Below, piece by piece: positions 9,418 to 21,078 of a stretch of 64,000 nucleotides of DNA. The stretch spans positions 2,048,001 through 2,112,000 of the forward strand of contig CBDBDQ010000005.1 of the NCBI GenBank assembly GCA_965203905.1. The letters are read 5' to 3'. This DNA is from Spirochaetia bacterium. Its GTDB lineage: Bacteria > Spirochaetota > Spirochaetia > SZUA-6 > Bin103. Within the stretch, counting starts at the first letter, position 1. Every line of letters starts with the position of its first letter. Position numbers and translations under genes: made by a program. The notes under the pieces are model-generated. The model saw nothing but the letters and a program-made list of their open reading frames with translations. It did no database searches and was not told where the DNA came from.

Positions 9418-9964
9418 TCACGCAGAGTCAGCCCAACGGCCGTATTCCCTACAGGCCCTTATGAGGGAGTCCGGGGCGGGCTGCCGCAGCGTTCTTCTCC
9501 GGCACATGTCGGCAAGAGTATCCACGTGCGGAGCGCAATCTCGTGAACGCGACAGGCGGGGGTAGTTCCGATTCCATTCGTCAACGCTCTCACCGTCAAG
9601 GTAGGCCAACCAGGTCTCGATTCGCCATGTCGGTACGACCAACAGGACTCCGTTTTCCGGGAATCTGACTGGTACTCCTGCCTCACGGCATGCATCCTGA
9701 AGCTCAGCCATGCGTGCGGCAACACCGCGCCGGTCGCCATCGAGCATAACGACCAGCGCTTGCGACACAGGTCTGCGCCGGTGTTCGGCGAGTTCCCTGG
9801 GAAAGCGGTCTCGTACGAAGGCTTGGCCAGCGCCCCCTTCGCGCCGAAGCCGCTCCACCCGCACGATGCGGTCACTCCGTCGCATCGTCCTGAGAAACCG
9901 GCGGATGAAGGTCTCGTGCTGCTCATTCTTCACACAACACAACGAGCTGGACCCTCCTGCTCAA
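9418..9964 (-). pseudogene. TOPRIM-like protein with +1 frameshift near codon 13 (or assembly error)
   Basis: TTG at 9964 overlaps the ATPase stop and reads MSRRVQLVVLCEE*; removing one A near 9927-9930 gives ...LCEDEQHETFIRRFL...VVMLDGD...IETW. Confidence 0.7.
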
Positions 9965-11115
9965 CGTTCCCAGCCCCTGGCGACCAATTCGGAAAGCTTC
10001 AGACCGACTGTTTCTTCAGTGCTCGTTTTCGATACTTTCTGTGGGTGGCCTACGGTGATGACGCCGGAGGTTTCTCGGTGCAACATCATGCCGTGCTCAG
10101 ATCCGAGATAGTCGATCAACTCGGGGTGATGCGAGCTGACAACAGCTTGCGGAACGGTCTCACCCGTGGCGTCGTTGAGGCACATGAGCCACGGTTGAAT
10201 CTCCCGTAGTGCGACGTAATTCTCAGGCTCGTCAATAAATAAGGTGTATCCTTGATCCCGTACCAAGGTGATCATGCCATACAGTACGATGAGGGCGCGC
10301 TGGCCATCGGAGATCTCGTCAAACCGTAGTTTGTATCCATCCCAAGAATTGCCGTCCTCCTGGTCGTTAAACACGATGGTGAAGGAGCGGGCGTCATATC
10401 CAACCTGTTCCAGCCGGATGCCATGGAACCCGGCACCTAACACATCGATGAGGTCTTTCGTGAGAGCGTCAGTCAGGTCCGGCCGCTCCTGGTGAGTGTG
10501 CCGGTACCAATCAGCGAAGTTGCGGCCGTCTCGTTGCAGCATCGAGACCTCTTCGGTCGAGTCGGTCCGTAGACTTGGGGGGTGGATACTGCACACCAAT
10601 ATCCTGCGCATGTAGTCAAGGAAGCGGGTAAGGCGCCGATTGGCCGGTCCGGGGAATACGCGAGCCAGAGCGGACTCTTTCCAGTCAGCGGTATAGCTCG
10701 GACCCTTGGAGATCCCGCGAATTGGATCGTCGCGAAAGAGTTGCACCTCACTCAACACGAACTCGAACAGAGACTGCCCATCGACCGCCAGTGTCTCATG
10801 GCGGATGCGGACCAAGCGTGTGTCCTGCTCATGCTCCACCTCAAGTCGGTAGGTATAGTGCTCCGACTGCAACAATACGTCAATCTCAAAGACCTGTAGA
10901 TTGCGGCGCTGCCACCGAGTGAGTGTCCGAGTCGGGAATGCGTCATGATCGGTAACTTTCGCTTCGCCCGAGAGCAACTGGCGGAGAGCGTACACAGTGT
11001 CAAGTACAGAGGTCTTACCGACACCGCTTGGGCCAAACAACAGAGACAATTCTTTCAGCGGAAGTTCGAAATTGACGAGGCACTTGTAATTGTCCACGAA
11101 TAATCGTTTAATCAT
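9961..11115 (-). CDS. ABC-type (AAA_21-like) ATPase
   Basis: Walker A GPSGVGKTS, signature ISDGQR, Walker B LFIDEPEN, H-loop SSHHP; lower GC than flanks. Confidence 0.9.
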   Translation of the reverse strand: MIKRLFVDNYKCLVNFELPLKELSLLFGPSGVGKTSVLDTVYALRQLLSGEAKVTDHDAFPTRTLTRWQRRNLQVFEIDVLLQSEHYTYRLEVEHEQDTRLVRIRHETLAVDGQSLFEFVLSEVQLFRDDPIRGISKGPSYTADWKESALARVFPGPANRRLTRFLDYMRRILVCSIHPPSLRTDSTEEVSMLQRDGRNFADWYRHTHQERPDLTDALTKDLIDVLGAGFHGIRLEQVGYDARSFTIVFNDQEDGNSWDGYKLRFDEISDGQRALIVLYGMITLVRDQGYTLFIDEPENYVALREIQPWLMCLNDATGETVPQAVVSSHHPELIDYLGSEHGMMLHRETSGVITVGHPQKVSKTSTEETVGLKLSELVARGWER

Positions 11116-11201
11116 TTGCCCCCTCTGTAGCAGCTATTCGTCATCGTCCGAAGTGAATCTGCGGAATCCTGAACAAGGATAGCACAACCCATCGCTCAAC
11201 A

Positions 11202-11744
11202 TCAGCAGGCGTCGTCGGTGTCGTCGGTGTCTGAGGAAGGCAGGCGGCGGCGCAGGTGGTCGGAGAGGGACTCGCCGGCCGCCAGCTCCAGGTCGGTGGG
11301 GGGGACGTAGCGGCGCAGCTCGCCGCGTAACGGCTGAAAGTTCTCGAACTCGGGGGAGATGGTGAGCAGGCGGTCGGCGCTCTCCACGTACACGTAGAGC
11401 AGCTCGTTGCCGTCCGCGGTCCGCACGTGCCCGGCGAAGGTGACCTGCTCCCAGGGGTGGCGGTGCGTCTCCTCGCCATACTCGCAGATGGTCACCCCGC
11501 CCGCGTCGGCGGCGACGTAGCTGGCGAGCTGCTTGCTGACGAAGCGCACCAGGCGGTAGCCGAAGTAGCCCACCAGCACCAGCGCCACCAGCCCCACCAC
11601 AATCTGCACCAGCAGCGCCACCAGCACCGCGCCCGCCGCCAACAGCACCGCCAGGGCGATCGGCACCAGCACGCGCGGGTTGGAGCGCACCGTGATCCGC
11701 GCTCTCACCGGAACCACGATAAGGGGGCCGTTCGGATCGGTCAA
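11202..11744 (-). CDS. Hypothetical membrane protein (2 N-terminal TM helices + soluble domain)
   Basis: Hydrophobic hairpin followed by a beta-rich domain; start TTG 11744 uncertain. Confidence 0.7.
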   Translation of the reverse strand: MTDPNGPLIVVPVRARITVRSNPRVLVPIALAVLLAAGAVLVALLVQIVVGLVALVLVGYFGYRLVRFVSKQLASYVAADAGGVTICEYGEETHRHPWEQVTFAGHVRTADGNELLYVYVESADRLLTISPEFENFQPLRGELRRYVPPTDLELAAGESLSDHLRRRLPSSDTDDTDDAC

Positions 11745-11771
11745 TTCATGCTCTTGCCGCAACTTCGTTCG

Positions 11772-11800
11772 TTGACCGCGGCACGCCACGGCACTACTTT
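11772..11800 (+). promoter_or_regulatory. sigma70-type promoter of hppA
   Basis: TTGACC-17 bp-TACTTT. Confidence 0.5.
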
Positions 11801-11906
11801 AGGGCAAACCCACACCCCTGCTGCCATGTTCCTGTTCCGGCGCCTCCCGCGGTGCGTGCAGTGCACGGGAGGGCGGGCAGAGGTGGCGAACCGTTGAGAG
11901 GCACCA

Positions 11907-14192
<2,286 letters not shown>

Positions 14193-14930
14193 CGGTGGCC
14201 GTCAGCAGATAGCCTTCGCCGCGCACCGCGGTGATGGCCACGCCGCTGCCGTCCGCGCCATCGTGGCCAACAGCGTCACCGCCCATGGCGTCATCGTCGC
14301 CAGCGGCGATCCGGCACTTGCGGCGCAGCGCGGCCACGTGCACGTCCACGACGCGGCTGGGAGTCGTCGGCAGCCGGCCCCATAGCCGGTAGAACAGGGC
14401 GTCGCGGCTGGTGACCCGGCCGGCGTTGTCAAGCAGCATATCCAGCAGCCGCGCCTCGGCCGCCGACAGCGCCACCGCCGCACTGGGGCCGTGCAGCGTG
14501 GTGCCTTCCAGCCGCAGGCCGCCGCCGAAGCGGCGCGCCGGCAGCCGAGCCTCAAGCCAGCGGTTCACTCGCAGCTCCAGCTCGGTCAGCGTCCAGGGAT
14601 CGCGCAGGTAGTCGACACAGCCGCGCAGCAGCGACGCTGCCATACCCTGCTCCGGCCCGTAGGCCAGCACCGGCAGCGCAAGGCGGCCGTCAGGCGCCAG
14701 AATCGTGTTGGTGGCGGCTACTGGAAGAATGAACAGGGCGACGTCGCGGCACGGTTCGAACTCTCGGGCCAGCAGCAGGCGAAAGCGGCGGCTCCGGACG
14801 CGCCGCACGCGCGCGTCGAGAAACGGGTCCTGGGACACGAACAGGACGCTCGCAAGCGCCGGGGATTCGGTCATCGCGGCGGTTCAGGGACGGGGACCAT
14901 GCAGTGCCCGGCCGCCTCCGCCGCGAACTC

Positions 14931-15641
14931 CTACGAGCGGGACTCTCCCGGGGCGCTCTTGTCCTCGATCTGCTTCATCTTCGACTTCAGGTCTTCCAGC
15001 AACTGGTCCGCGCTGCCGCCCGCTTCCAGCTCCTTGAACTGCTTCTCCAGGTCGGCGTCGCCGGCATCCAGCTTGGCCAGGTCGTCGGTCGCCTCCGCCT
15101 CCGCCTCCGCCTGCTCCACCTTGGAGGCCATGCGGTCGAAGGCGTCGAAGGCGGACGTGTTGCGGGCGGCGCCGATGGTGGCCTGGATGCGTTGCTGCGC
15201 TTCCGCCCGCTTGGATCGCGCGATGAGCAGGTTCTTCTTGCGGCTGGCCTCTTCGATCTTCTGCTGCAGGTGGCGCAACGAGTCCTTGAGTTGCTCCACC
15301 GAGGCGTGCTGGGCGTCGTACTGCTCCTGGTAGCTGGTGGCGTACTCCGCGTGCTCCTGCTTGCGCACCAGTGCCTGCTTGGCCAGATCGTCCTTGCCGG
15401 CGCGCACCGCATCCATGGCCCGCTGCTCCCAGAGTTCGGTGTTGCGGCGCTGCTCGATAAGCTGGCGCTGCAGCCGCTTCTCATCGGCGATGGCGGACGC
15501 CACGCTCTTCTTGGATTCGATGAGCTGCTCGTTCATCTCGACGATCAACTGGTTGAGCATCTTCTCGGGATTCTCAGCCTTGGTGATCATGTCGTTGATG
15601 TTGGAGCGCACGACGCGCCGGAAGCGGTCAAACAGTCCCAT
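14931..15641 (-). CDS. pspA: PspA/IM30 family protein
   Basis: MGLFDRFRRVVRSNINDMITKAENPEKMLNQ, GKDDLAKQAL, long coiled coil. Confidence 0.92.
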   Translation of the reverse strand: MGLFDRFRRVVRSNINDMITKAENPEKMLNQLIVEMNEQLIESKKSVASAIADEKRLQRQLIEQRRNTELWEQRAMDAVRAGKDDLAKQALVRKQEHAEYATSYQEQYDAQHASVEQLKDSLRHLQQKIEEASRKKNLLIARSKRAEAQQRIQATIGAARNTSAFDAFDRMASKVEQAEAEAEATDDLAKLDAGDADLEKQFKELEAGGSADQLLEDLKSKMKQIEDKSAPGESRS

Positions 15642-15661
15642 CAGGTGACCTCCTCGCTATA

Positions 15662-16042
15662 TTAACGGTACTTGGCCAGCATCTGGTAGTGCTGTGCCAG
15701 GGCGAGTCCGATCGCATCCAGGGTCGCCTGGAACTCCTCGACATCGAGAGTCTCTCCGACCAGGGTGTTGAGCAGGATCACGTCGTCACCCTCGAGCGCG
15801 TAGGCGCCGTGAATCATGTCTGACTGATTCAGCCGCAGCAGTTGCTCGAAGAACTGCTCCCGTTCCTTGTCGGGAATGGCCATCACCTTGACCCGGATGA
15901 TGACCACCGGGTCGGCCAGGATCACCAGGACGTTCTCCAGGCCTTTCTCGTCATCGTTGATGACCCAGGTCTGGTCACCCACCTCCTCGTAGGTGAGCGA
16001 CAGGGAGAGCAGGTAGCTTTCAATTCTTGCGGAGTCTGCCAT
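15662..16042 (-). CDS. CesT/YbjN-fold chaperone-like protein
   Basis: 126 aa acidic protein with LLRLN...HGAYAL, typical of this fold; directly upstream of pspA. Confidence 0.75.
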   Translation of the reverse strand: MADSARIESYLLSLSLTYEEVGDQTWVINDDEKGLENVLVILADPVVIIRVKVMAIPDKEREQFFEQLLRLNQSDMIHGAYALEGDDVILLNTLVGETLDVEEFQATLDAIGLALAQHYQMLAKYR

Positions 16043-16085
16043 CGATAAAATCCGCCCCTAATATACTGCCGCCAGGCGGCGCCGG

Positions 16086-17274
16086 TCACCGGCGCGGCGC
16101 GCCAGGGTCGAGGACGATGTCGCGGGCGTCTATCAGCAGGGGCAGCCGGTCGCCGGTCCGGCGCCGAGCCAGCAGCCGGGCGCGTTCCAGCACGTTGCGC
16201 AGCTCGCGCACGTTACCGGGCCAGGTATGATCGGCGAGCCGCTCCAGAGCCGCATCGCTCAACGAAATGCCGGCGCTCGCCACGATCCGCCCGGCACGGC
16301 CGGCAGCCTGGCGCAACAGCGCGTGTGCCAGCAGCGGGATGTCGTCGTGGCGCTCGCGCAGCGGCGGCACGTGAATCAGCAGCACCGCCAGCCGATACCA
16401 GAGATCAGCCCGCATGGTGCCGGCCGCTACCTGCGCCTCGACGTCGCGGTTGGTGGCGCTGACCACGCGTACGTTGACCGCGACCGGATGCCGGCCGCCG
16501 ACCCGAGTCACCTCGTGATTCTCCAGCGCTCGCAGCAACTTGACCTGCGTGTCCAGGGGCATTTCCGCCACTTCGTCGAGAAACAGGGTGCCGCCGTCGG
16601 CGCGCTCGAAGCATCCGGCACGTGACACGGCGCCGGTGAACGCCCCCGCTGCCGAGCCGAACAGCTCACTCTCCACCAGGGTGTCGGGGATCGCGCCGCA
16701 GTTGACGGCGATGAAGGGTGCGGTTGCGCGATGCGACAGTCGATGGATCCCTACGGCGACCAGCTCCTTGCCGGTGCCGCTCTCTCCGGTGACCATGACC
16801 GGAGCATCCGAGTCGGCATACACCTCCATCAGCTCGCGCACCTGCAGCAGAGCGGGCGATTCGCCCACCAGTCCGTCCGCCGGCGGAGTCTGGGCTGTCG
16901 GCGTTGCGCCGCGCGGTGCTGTTCACGAGCGCGGCGTGCAGGGTGGCGAGCAGGGTGCGCAAATCGTACGGCTTGACCAGGTAGTCGCTGGCACCGGCGC
17001 GGATGGCCTCCACCGCCAGGCGCACGTCGCTGTGTCCGGTGAGCATCACTACCGGTGGTCCCAGTGGCGTGGCTCTGACGCGGCGCAGCAACTCCAGGCC
17101 GCTGCCGTCCGGCAGCACGAGGTCCAGGAGCACGAGGTCCACGTCGCCGCGGGTGACGACCCGTTCGCCATCGGCCAGCGTGGTGGCGGACACCAGCTCG
17201 TACTCCTGCGGCAGCACCAGGTCGAGGGTGTCGTGAGCACGTGGGTCGTCGTCGACGAACAACAGCCGAATCAC
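16086..17274 (-). CDS. sigma54-dependent response regulator (REC + AAA, no HTH), split by a frameshift near 16875-16900
   Basis: REC: LLFVDDD, LLDLVLPD, DYLVKP. AAA in another frame: GESGTGKE, ESELFG..GAFTGA, LFLDEV, WPGNVREL. Confidence 0.85.
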
Positions 17275-17388
17275 GATCCCGCCACCTTATACGGCCGCCC
17301 CACGGTGGGCAAATGTGCCCTTTGACGTTCGTGACTTCGGGATAGCCTCACGTGCTCAAGTGTAATTCGTTGCAGTTCTGCCGTCGAA

Positions 17389-18165
17389 TTACGATGAGCA
17401 GATGACGTTCGTGCTTCGCGGGTGGTCTGCCGCCAGCAACTGGCCTACCGCTGCCAGGGCTGCTACCGCGGCGGTGTCCACCCGCAGCACCGCGGCCTGT
17501 AGGGCGACGCCGCGAAAGCCGCAGGCCTGGAACAGCTCCCGTTCGGCAGCGGAGAAGCCGCCTTCCGGCCCCACCGCACAGCGCACCTCGAGTAGTGTCC
17601 GCTGCAACGGCAGGTGCCACACCGGCAGCTCTTGCAGCGGCACCGCACCCGGGTGGAACACCAGCTCCAGCGCCGCCGGCGGCCGCTGGTCCAGGTACTG
17701 CCGCAGCTCCAGCGGCGGGTCGATGGATGGCGCCACGGCACCGCTCTGCTGCACCGCCTGGCGCGCGATGCGTTGCCAACGTGCGTGCCTGCGAGCCGCG
17801 GCCGCGGGCTCGGGCCGGCCTTGGGTGCGCGCGGAGACCACCGGCACGATGGCGGCCACTCCCAACTCGGTAGCCTGACGCACGATGCGGTCCATCAGTG
17901 ACCACTTGGGAAGCGCCTGGATCAGCGTGAGCCGGCAGGCCGGCAGACTGGAGGCCGGCGCCACCTGCCGCCGGCCGAGGTTGACGCTCAGGGTTCGGTC
18001 CGTCACCCGGGTCACGGTGGCCCGGTAACGCGCGCCGGCGCCGTCGACCACGGTGAGCGCTGCACCGACAGCCATTCGCCGCACCCGGACCAGGTAGTGG
18101 TAGTCGGCGCCGGCAAGCTCCACCTCGCCGTCGGGGCGTGCGTCGGCGATCAGGAACTGCAGCAT
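17389..18165 (-). CDS. rsmE: 16S rRNA m3U1498 methyltransferase
   Basis: HYLVRVRR, QATELGV, AVQQSG, VGPEGGFS, VLRVDTAA. Confidence 0.9.
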   Translation of the reverse strand: MLQFLIADARPDGEVELAGADYHYLVRVRRMAVGAALTVVDGAGARYRATVTRVTDRTLSVNLGRRQVAPASSLPACRLTLIQALPKWSLMDRIVRQATELGVAAIVPVVSARTQGRPEPAAAARRHARWQRIARQAVQQSGAVAPSIDPPLELRQYLDQRPPAALELVFHPGAVPLQELPVWHLPLQRTLLEVRCAVGPEGGFSAAERELFQACGFRGVALQAAVLRVDTAAVAALAAVGQLLAADHPRSTNVICSS

Positions 18166-18219
18166 CGTTGGAAGCGGCACGCCGCTCCGGGAGCACCGGC
18201 GGCGCACCGCACGGCTGGC

Positions 18220-19680
18220 TCAGGAGGCGGCTGCCGCCGGAGCCAGCAGCTGCTGCGCGTCGTGCGCTGGTACCAGCCCCTGCCGGAGGAGGCTCACCGC
18301 CTCCTGCAGGACCAGGTCGAACTGCAGGTCGTACACCGGAGGCGCCGGCATGCGGCGTACCACCTCGTCGCGCACCAGCCGTCGCAGCAGGCGACCGGGA
18401 AGCTCCACCCCCGACTCCTGCAACTCCTCGATAAAGGTTTCGGTCTGAGCGGGACCGGGACTCGGGTACTGGCGCACGAACGCTCGCAGGCGGCCACTCT
18501 CGAACAGCTCTTCCAGCGCCTCCTTCTCTTCATCCGACTGTTCGGGTTCGGCCAACTCCTGATGCGGCGTCACGCCGACCGCATCGAGGCTGGCGCCACT
18601 GGGCGTAAGATAGTGCGACGTGGTCACCTTTACCGCGCGCTGATCGAAGTGGCGTACCTGCTGCACCGATCCCTTGCCGTAGGTCCGCTCGCCGAGCAGG
18701 TAGGCGCGTCCGCTCTCGCCCAGCGCTGCCGCCAGGATCTCCGAGGCGGACGCCGAGCCGCGGTCGATCAACACCACGATCGGCAGTTCCGCGTCCACCA
18801 GCGTGGTGTGCTGCGAGGCGCGATGGACCTGGTTCTCGGCTTCCACGCGAGACCGGGTGGAGACGATCACCCCCGCGGAGAGAAAGAAGTCAGCCACCTG
18901 CACCACCGCGGAGAGCAGCCCTCCGGGATTGCTGCGCAGATCGACGATCAGGCCCCCGGCGCTGCCCAGATGCCGCAGCGCTTCCGTCACCCGTTCCGGT
19001 GTGAGCCGCGTGAACTGGCTGATGCGCAGGTAACCGATGGCGTCGTCGATGAGCGCGTGACGTACCGTGATGACTTCGATCATGGCGCGTTCGATGGCCA
19101 CCTCGAAGGTGACGGTGTCGTGGCGCCGGAAGGTGATCGACACGGAGCTGCCGGGCGCCCCCCGCAGGCGGGAGATGATGTCGCTGACTTCGAACTCCAG
19201 GGCCGACTCCCCGTCGATGGCCACGATCAGGTCTCCGGCGCGCACTCCCGCTCGATGCGCCGGCAGCCCCTCGATCGGCGAGATCACCTCCACGCCGCCA
19301 TCGCGGTGCGCCGCCACGTACATGCCCACGCCGCCGAATTCGCCCCGCGTCAGGTCGGTGATCTCCGGAACCTCGTCGGGACGGATGTACGATGAGTAGG
19401 GGTCGTCGAGAGCCTCGAACATGCCGTCCAGGGCGCCTTCTATGAGCAGTTCCGGATCGAGCCTGGTCTCGTCGACGTAGTTCTCCAGGACGAATTCGAA
19501 CACCTCCGCAAACATTCCGGCGAGTTGGCGCGCTTCTTCCTCATCCTCCTGGGCCAAGGCCTGCGGCGTCACCGACAACAACAGCAGCAGGACCGCCGAC
19601 AGCAGGGCGGTGCGCGCGCGCCGAGTCCACGGCATGCGCGGCGCAGGGTTCAGGGAAAGAAGCGAGGCGGTCGCTTGCAT
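18220..19680 (-). CDS. ctpA: S41 C-terminal processing peptidase (PDZ)
   Basis: LDDPYS, GGVG, DLRSNPGG, SASASE, GERTYGKGSVQ; start may be further downstream. Confidence 0.92.
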   Translation of the reverse strand: MQATASLLSLNPAPRMPWTRRARTALLSAVLLLLLSVTPQALAQEDEEEARQLAGMFAEVFEFVLENYVDETRLDPELLIEGALDGMFEALDDPYSSYIRPDEVPEITDLTRGEFGGVGMYVAAHRDGGVEVISPIEGLPAHRAGVRAGDLIVAIDGESALEFEVSDIISRLRGAPGSSVSITFRRHDTVTFEVAIERAMIEVITVRHALIDDAIGYLRISQFTRLTPERVTEALRHLGSAGGLIVDLRSNPGGLLSAVVQVADFFLSAGVIVSTRSRVEAENQVHRASQHTTLVDAELPIVVLIDRGSASASEILAAALGESGRAYLLGERTYGKGSVQQVRHFDQRAVKVTTSHYLTPSGASLDAVGVTPHQELAEPEQSDEEKEALEELFESGRLRAFVRQYPSPGPAQTETFIEELQESGVELPGRLLRRLVRDEVVRRMPAPPVYDLQFDLVLQEAVSLLRQGLVPAHDAQQLLAPAAAAS

Positions 19681-19726
19681 CTCGGTGCCGTAAGGGAAGT
19701 ATAGTGCTTGGCGCGGGACAGTGACG

Positions 19727-20770
19727 ATGATTGGTTACGCGGAGTTTCCCACCTGGTTGCGGCCGGAGATCATCCCCGGGTTGCCGATCCGGTGGTATGG
19801 GCTGATGTACCTGGTGGCGTTTGCCATCACCTACCGCCTGTTCGTGCACCTGGCGGTGAACCGTGGCGAGTTGCAGACCGACAAGGACACGGCACTCAGC
19901 CTGTTCTTCTGGGGAATCGTCGGCGTGCTCCTCGGGGGGCGTCTGTTCTCCGTGCTGATTTACGATCCCACCGGGTTCTATGCGCGCAACCCGTTGCAGA
20001 TCGTGTTTCCGTTTCAACGCGTGGACGGCGCCCTGCGCTTCATCGGTCTGCAGGGCATGGCCTATCACGGCGGCCTGGTGGGCGCCGTGGTCGCGGTGGT
20101 GATCTTCTGCCGCGTGAAGCGTCTGCCGGTGTTGCAGGTGGGGGACCTGCTGGCCGCGAGCGCGCCCCTGGGCTACACCTTCGGGCGCCTGGGCAACTTC
20201 ATCAACGGCGAGCTCTACGGGCGCGTTACCAGCTCTCCGATCGGGATGATCTTCCCCGCTGCGCCGGGGTATCCGGCGAGCGAACCCTGGGTCCGCCAGT
20301 TGGCACAGGAGGCCGGCGTGCCGATCGCCGAGGGCGCGGCGCTGGTCAACCTGCCGCGCTACCCTTCTCAGCTCTTCGAGGCATTCTTCGAGGGCGTGTT
20401 CCTGTGGGCGTTGCTGTGGTTCGTGTTCCGCGGGCGGCGCCCGTTCCCCGGGTTCCTGATGTCGTTGTACGTCATCGGCTACGGGGTGGCGCGCTTCGCG
20501 GTCGAGTATCTGCGCGAGCCCGACGAGGGAATGGGATTCCCCCTGTCCTTCGCACCGGTCGCCAACCCGGCGCAGTTCAGCCCGTGGAACTTCACCACCG
20601 GCCAGCTCCTGAGTGCGGCGATGATCATATGTGGCATGGCAATGCTGATGATATTCGCCAGCCAGCCGTCAGCCGCGCAGCGGCGACCGGGACGGCGATC
20701 CGGCAGCGAGGCCGAGCGCAACAACGCGCGGCGCGCGATGCTGCGGCGCATGCGCAAGAAGCTGCGCTGA
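19727..20770 (+). CDS. lgt: Prolipoprotein diacylglyceryl transferase
   Basis: IRWYGLMY, GMAYHGG, GRLGNFINGELYGR, YPSQLFE, EYLREPD. Confidence 0.95.
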   Translation: MIGYAEFPTWLRPEIIPGLPIRWYGLMYLVAFAITYRLFVHLAVNRGELQTDKDTALSLFFWGIVGVLLGGRLFSVLIYDPTGFYARNPLQIVFPFQRVDGALRFIGLQGMAYHGGLVGAVVAVVIFCRVKRLPVLQVGDLLAASAPLGYTFGRLGNFINGELYGRVTSSPIGMIFPAAPGYPASEPWVRQLAQEAGVPIAEGAALVNLPRYPSQLFEAFFEGVFLWALLWFVFRGRRPFPGFLMSLYVIGYGVARFAVEYLREPDEGMGFPLSFAPVANPAQFSPWNFTTGQLLSAAMIICGMAMLMIFASQPSAAQRRPGRRSGSEAERNNARRAMLRRMRKKLR

Positions 20771-20842
20771 TGGGCGATACTGGGATCGAACCAGTGACTT
20801 CTACCGTGTGAAGGTAGCACTCTACCGCTGAGTTAATCGCCC
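20771..20842 (-). tRNA. tRNA-Val (anticodon CAC), CCA not encoded
   Basis: Reverse complement GGGCGATTAACTCAGCGGTAGAGTGCTACCTTCACACGGTAGAAGTCACTGGTTCGATCCCAGTATCGCCCA folds as a cloverleaf with T-loop TTCGA. Confidence 0.97.
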
Positions 20843-20860
20843 GCGCCGAACCGGACCAGA

Positions 20861-20889
20861 ACGCTACCGCGCCGCTGCCGGACTGTCAA
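20861..20889 (-). promoter_or_regulatory. sigma70-type promoter of tRNA-Val
   Basis: Minus strand TTGACA-17 bp-TAGCGT, 18 nt before the tRNA. Confidence 0.6.
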
Positions 20890-21078
20890 CTGTCCGCGAT
20901 CCGCTCGAAACCGCTCGCCGCGGGCGTGCGGGAGCCGGCAACCGGGCCCGCCTGCCGGCTCTGTGCCGACTCCGGTTGCGCCAAGGTAATGTGCTGCCGC
21001 GGATAGAGTTATTCTGGGCAACGTCGGTTGACTTCGAGGCCGCTTGGAGACATCATCGAAACAGCCGAACAACAATAT

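Noticed and set aside
9398-11201. Mobile-element boundaries around the ATPase-TOPRIM islet
   Set aside because: No target-site duplication, terminal inverted repeats or att sites visible, so not called a mobile element
11801-11812. GGGCAAACC resembling the start of a c-di-GMP-I riboswitch
   Set aside because: Lacks the GAAA tetraloop stem and the GGGACGCAAAGC core, and overlaps the predicted TSS
17362-17392. Inverted repeat GTAATTCG-N15-CGAATTAC
   Set aside because: Overlaps the rsmE stop with no U-tract and no second copy; cannot distinguish terminator, operator or chance
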